Positions 60,846-64,000 of a stretch of DNA of 64,000 nucleotides are shown here, piece after piece. The stretch is from positions 3,658,001 to 3,722,000 of the forward strand of contig CAKKNE010000004.1 in NCBI GenBank assembly GCA_918797485.1. Reading direction: 5' to 3'. The stretch comes from Pelagomonas calceolata (Eukaryota). Numbering within the stretch: the first letter of the stretch is position 1; each line of letters starts with the position of its first letter. Position numbers and translations under genes: made by a program. The notes beneath the pieces are model-generated. The model was given only the letters and a program-made list of their open reading frames with translations, made no database searches and was not told where the DNA came from.

Positions 60846-61243
60846 GGATGCCGCGCGGCTGCCAACGCGCGTGCAAACTGTTCGCAGGTGGTTATCGAGC
60901 AAGAAATGGTAGTTTTTGCTGATGGATCGAGCTATGGGGCAGCTATGGGCAGCACAAATGACATTGTCATTTTTTTTCGACCACTAGCTATGCCTACTAG
61001 CTGGGCTGCCCCAGCGCACGCCCTAACCCCTCACACAGCTTCATATTGGTGCCATAGAGATACAGAGCGCTGGTCTCGCCGGCGCACAGACAAAATTTGC
61101 GCGGGGTTTCGCGCCCCATCCAAACAAAAAGCGTCGAGTGTGCGCGCCAGCAAGCAAGCTTCACCGCGGCAAAGCAGGGCAGCTTCGTCGCGAGCCACCG
61201 AAGCGATCAGAGGGCAGCCCGCGCCGCAGCAAAGACAACAAAC

Positions 61244-63442
61244 ATGAGGGTCTCCCAGTCGGCCCGCGCGCGCCAGTCTTTTATGAGAGAAGCCATGAGG
61301 GACTACCCCGTGCCGGCGCGCGAGGAACTTCATAAGTTGTGGGAGCGCTTCGACTACAACGGTAATGGTCTCCTGTCGCTCGCCGAGATCGACAAATTAG
61401 TAAGAGAGGAATACCCGCAGTACGACGACAAGCAGGCCCTGCTACGAGCTTATAAATTTGCGGACCAGGACGGGTCCGGCTTCATCACGAAGAACGAGTT
61501 CGCCACGTTAGTAAGGTCTCTGGCCTATTTCAAGGCCCTCGCGGAGGAGTTCCGCGAAGTGGATGCTTCTGGCGATCGCCGCATCGACTTCGACGAGTTC
61601 CTGGCCGGGGCGCCGCGCATGGGCCTGAATCTGGGCGAGGCGGAGGCGCGGGCCATCTTCGACAAAATGGACACGGATCATGGAGGACTTGTATTATTCG
61701 AGGAGTTTTGTGCTTTCATGGGCCGGCTCAAGGCCGAGCATAGGGATCGGGCCGAATTGCGGAGCGCCGTGGTGGCGCCGCAGCCCGAGTCTTCTTCGAG
61801 CGATGATGACGATGTCGACGCTTACTTAGCAAGAAGAAGGGCGGAGCTGGGTCTATCTGCACCTGACGATGATGCCGCTGAGGCCGTCTTGAAGCGCGTC
61901 GAAGCGCGGCTGTCGCATTCGCTCGACTCGATCCACGAGGGGCCCTTATCTCGAGCCGAAGCCGCTTTGCTGTTCCGGGACGCGGCGGGCGCGCTAGACA
62001 CCGCGGGAGCCCAGGATATTGAGAGATGCCTCATCGGTGCGTTACCGGAGCCGATCTACGGCCCGCCCGAAGCCATTGTGGAGCGAGCTAGAACCGTCGC
62101 CGATCTGCAGCCCGGGCTCGACGCGGCGCAGTTCGCGGCGTTACTGCGCGGCCTGGAGACGTGGGAATCGGTACGACGCGAGTTCGCCGAGGATAACGAC
62201 GACGACCACGATGTCAGTGTCGAGGAGTTTTTGTTGGGGGCTTCCAGTGTCCCGCTGGAGATGTCCGACGACGATGCCCGATTGCTCTTCGAGCGCATCG
62301 GAAGCACGGATTCTTCGAGGGCGCCTTTGTCGCGATTGTGCGCTGCTTTAGCGCGGCGGGCCGCGCGCTTGGATGCGTCCGAGACGAGACCGACCACGGC
62401 CGCCGCGGTCGGCGAGTCCGGCGTCTCCAAAAGGTTGTCGCGGTCGCCGCCGCCGCCGTCGCCCTCCTTAGATGGACGGCCGCTGGCCCCGACGGCGATC
62501 GAGGGGCGCAGCCCCCACAGCACGCGGTCGCCGGCGCCGCCGGCTGTGGTGGAAGAGGAGCACGACGATTTCTTAGATCAATTATCGTTAGAGGGCCACC
62601 TCGAGTCCCTGGGTGACGATAATAAGGAGGAGCTCCTGCCGCGGTCGTCGCCGCGGCGCCTCGCGCGCGAGGTCGTGCCTCCCCTGACGGCGGACGTCGT
62701 CGAGCCGCCCCTGCCGCCGCCGCCGCCCGTGCAACAACAGCACCGGTCGCCGCCCCGAAACCGGCCGCCCCTGTCCATGTGCTATCATGGGGTCGAGGTC
62801 TCGGTGCCCATGTGCGAGGAGGCGCGCCTCGACGTCAAGCCTGATGGTTCATTGCGGTTACGCTTGACGGACTTCTCGGGCGACATCACGCTCACGAAGC
62901 TGAGCGGCGCGGCGCTGACGCAGTCCATGGCCGTCGGCGACTCCGTCGCGGCGCACGAGGCGTGGCGGCGCAAGCAGCGCCGCGAGACGCCGCGCGTGCC
63001 TCCTACGCAACCGGAGACGCGCGAGGAGCGCTGGAGCCCCCTGCAGTCGCCGCCGCGGTCGACTTTTGCACAGCAGGAGCGCGTGCGCGCGCCGCCGTCG
63101 CGCGCCGCGGACCCGCTCAACTCGCCGTCGATCTGGAACGCGTCGCCGCCGCCGTCGACGGCGCGCGCGCCGCCCGCGCCGCCGCCCCTCGAGGAGGGGA
63201 GTTTTGGCATTTCCGGCCGGGCCATGGCCGTCGGCCGGGAGCCGGCCGCCGGCTCGCTCAAGGCGCGCACGTACAGCAACAGCCGCCCGACGACGGCGCG
63301 CCCGCGCACGGCGCGGCCGAAGACGTCCGACCTCCCACTGCCGCCGGGCTGGGAGCGGCGCTTCGACCCGCGCAAGCAACGGACGTACTTCATCGACCAC
63401 AACACGCGGACGACGTCGTGGCGCCATCCCCTTCGCGGGTAG
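61244..63442 (+). CDS. EF-hand (calflagin-like) protein with a C-terminal WW domain
   Basis: [39 protein letters not shown] and [15 protein letters not shown] domain [21 protein letters not shown]. Confidence 0.88.
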   Translation: MRVSQSARARQSFMREAMRDYPVPAREELHKLWERFDYNGNGLLSLAEIDKLVREEYPQYDDKQALLRAYKFADQDGSGFITKNEFATLVRSLAYFKALAEEFREVDASGDRRIDFDEFLAGAPRMGLNLGEAEARAIFDKMDTDHGGLVLFEEFCAFMGRLKAEHRDRAELRSAVVAPQPESSSSDDDDVDAYLARRRAELGLSAPDDDAAEAVLKRVEARLSHSLDSIHEGPLSRAEAALLFRDAAGALDTAGAQDIERCLIGALPEPIYGPPEAIVERARTVADLQPGLDAAQFAALLRGLETWESVRREFAEDNDDDHDVSVEEFLLGASSVPLEMSDDDARLLFERIGSTDSSRAPLSRLCAALARRAARLDASETRPTTAAAVGESGVSKRLSRSPPPPSPSLDGRPLAPTAIEGRSPHSTRSPAPPAVVEEEHDDFLDQLSLEGHLESLGDDNKEELLPRSSPRRLAREVVPPLTADVVEPPLPPPPPVQQQHRSPPRNRPPLSMCYHGVEVSVPMCEEARLDVKPDGSLRLRLTDFSGDITLTKLSGAALTQSMAVGDSVAAHEAWRRKQRRETPRVPPTQPETREERWSPLQSPPRSTFAQQERVRAPPSRAADPLNSPSIWNASPPPSTARAPPAPPPLEEGSFGISGRAMAVGREPAAGSLKARTYSNSRPTTARPRTARPKTSDLPLPPGWERRFDPRKQRTYFIDHNTRTTSWRHPLRG

Positions 63443-63592
63443 TGCTTTCCTCCCCTTCCCTGATAAACTGCCTGGTTTAGCTCACATCGGCACCGCGACC
63501 GTCGCGTCGTCGCGACGCACCCGTTGCAAACCTGATGATCTCCGCCCGTTTCCCCGTGAGACCACTGGTACTACACAACATGGGTTACTTGC

Positions 63593-63934
63593 TCAGGCCT
63601 TCTCGACCGCGAGGGGGTAGATCGTGCCCTTGCCCTTGAAGCCGCCGAAGGCTGCTCCTCCACTGCTCTTCATCTCGCGCGTCAAATCGCAGCGCCAAAT
63701 TTTTCCCTCAATAGGGTCCATCATCGCGTTCATGCGGCCGCCGCCTTCCTTCCACGTGCGGTGGCTACCCTTCTGCTTCGTGAACGCGCGTACACGCCGC
63801 AAAATATCGATGTGCATGGCCACGAAGGCGGCGAGCGTCGCGCATAGGCATCCTCTGTCCCACGTGCGGATTCTTTTGATATCGACGTAGTCGCACCCGC
63901 CGAGCCTGCCACTGCAGACGACCTGGTTCGTGAC
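63593..63934 (-). CDS. Last exon of a gene that continues beyond the window
   Basis: An open frame VTNQVVCSG...LAVEKA* begins right after the Introner acceptor CACACAG. Confidence 0.65.
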   Translation of the reverse strand, partial: VTNQVVCSGRLGGCDYVDIKRIRTWDRGCLCATLAAFVAMHIDILRRVRAFTKQKGSHRTWKEGGGRMNAMMDPIEGKIWRCDLTREMKSSGGAAFGGFKGKGTIYPLAVEKA

Positions 63935-64000
63935 CTGTGTGGAAATCAAATTTCGGGCACCCGACGCCATCGACGCGATATTTTCTCCGTAGCTGCGTCT
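63935..64000. mobile_element. Introner element truncated by the window end
   Basis: TIR CTGTGTGGAAATCAA followed by core ACGCCATCGACGCGA; predicted TSD TTCGTGAC at 63927-63934. Confidence 0.9.

Noticed and set aside
4836..64000. CRISPR array or REP-like prokaryotic repeats
   Set aside because: The repeats are dispersed, intragenic and flanked by TSDs. There are no cas genes and the context is eukaryotic.
1..64000. Autonomous transposase for the Introners
   Set aside because: No ORF with recognisable DDE, hAT dimerisation or BED motifs is present in this window.
1..64000. tRNA or rRNA genes
   Set aside because: No cloverleaf or rRNA-like segment was recognised by eye; a covariance-model scan would be needed to exclude them.

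Overview
GC-rich, gene-dense, intron-poor eukaryotic nuclear DNA, most likely a pelagophyte alga (Pelagomonas/Aureococcus-like). This is inferred from bipartite plastid-targeting N-termini, nuclear-encoded SecA, CBF5, eIF2B-epsilon, CABIN1-like and JmjC genes, and the intron type. About 32 protein genes are supportable. Protein identities come from motif recognition by eye, not database searches. The main signal is a family of short non-autonomous DNA-transposon-like introns (Introner elements). Ten are recognisable (one cut by the window end) and three more look decayed. Each has ~15-bp terminal inverted repeats (CTGTGYGGAAATCAA...TTGATTTCCRCACAG), an 8-bp target-site duplication (TSD) and a shared core motif. 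The 3' TIR supplies the AG acceptor in either orientation and the first two bases of the TSD supply a GT or GC donor, so splicing restores the reading frame. Removing them joins split ORFs and reveals two fusion genes: a plastid-targeted degenerate Ham1/ITPase plus Xpt-type phosphoribosyltransferase, and an exostosin-like plus fucosyltransferase-like protein. Other notable items are an MLO-like protein with EF-hands, an S9 peptidase-GNAT fusion, a mosaic of gene fragments at 18.4-19.1 kb, a 20-bp direct-repeat-flanked insert between convergent stop codons, and CTAG clusters in promoter regions.
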